Below, one piece after another: positions 63,961 through 64,000 of a DNA stretch of 64,000 bases. The position numbers and the translations under genes were made by a program. The stretch's first letter is position 1. The number at the start of each line of letters is the position of its first letter. The stretch is taken from contig NIVC01001822.1 of assembly GCA_002269645.1 (NCBI GenBank), positions 1-64,000 of the forward strand. Reading direction: 5' to 3'. The notes below the pieces were generated by a model. The model saw only the letters and a program-made list of their open reading frames with translations. It did no database searches and had not been told where the DNA came from. This DNA is from Macrostomum lignano (lineage: Eukaryota).

Positions 63961-64000
63961 GATGGTGTGTTTTGAACTAATAATTTATTTACGCAATTCA

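Overview
This is eukaryotic (animal) genomic DNA, not prokaryotic. It has spliced GC-rich exons, AT-rich introns, many minisatellites and nested DNA transposons. The style suggests a flatworm such as Macrostomum, but that is inference only. Host genes: an intronless universal stress protein, a 10-exon SLC5 sodium:solute symporter, a 3-exon flavin amine oxidase, a PQ(T/P)GYG-repeat protein and a short TRAF-like zinc-finger/coiled-coil ORF. There are also two head-to-head inverted copies of an unusually compact trithorax-type H3K4 methyltransferase gene. Between those copies lies an 11.2-kb foldback-type Mutator (NOF-like) element (43961-55147) with an 8-bp TSD and about 1.43-kb near-identical inverted arms ending in modular tandem arrays. 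It encodes an uninterrupted 778-aa DDE transposase ORF followed by exons for a ubiquitin-specific protease (peptidase C19) domain, the most novel-looking system in the window. Other mobile DNA: a decayed FLYWCH-MULE, a triple-nested Tc1/EnSpm/Tc1 cluster, several hAT, MULE and EnSpm MITEs, a tRNA-headed SINE and an LTR-like segment. No rRNA, true tRNA or CRISPR was found. All boundaries were read by eye.
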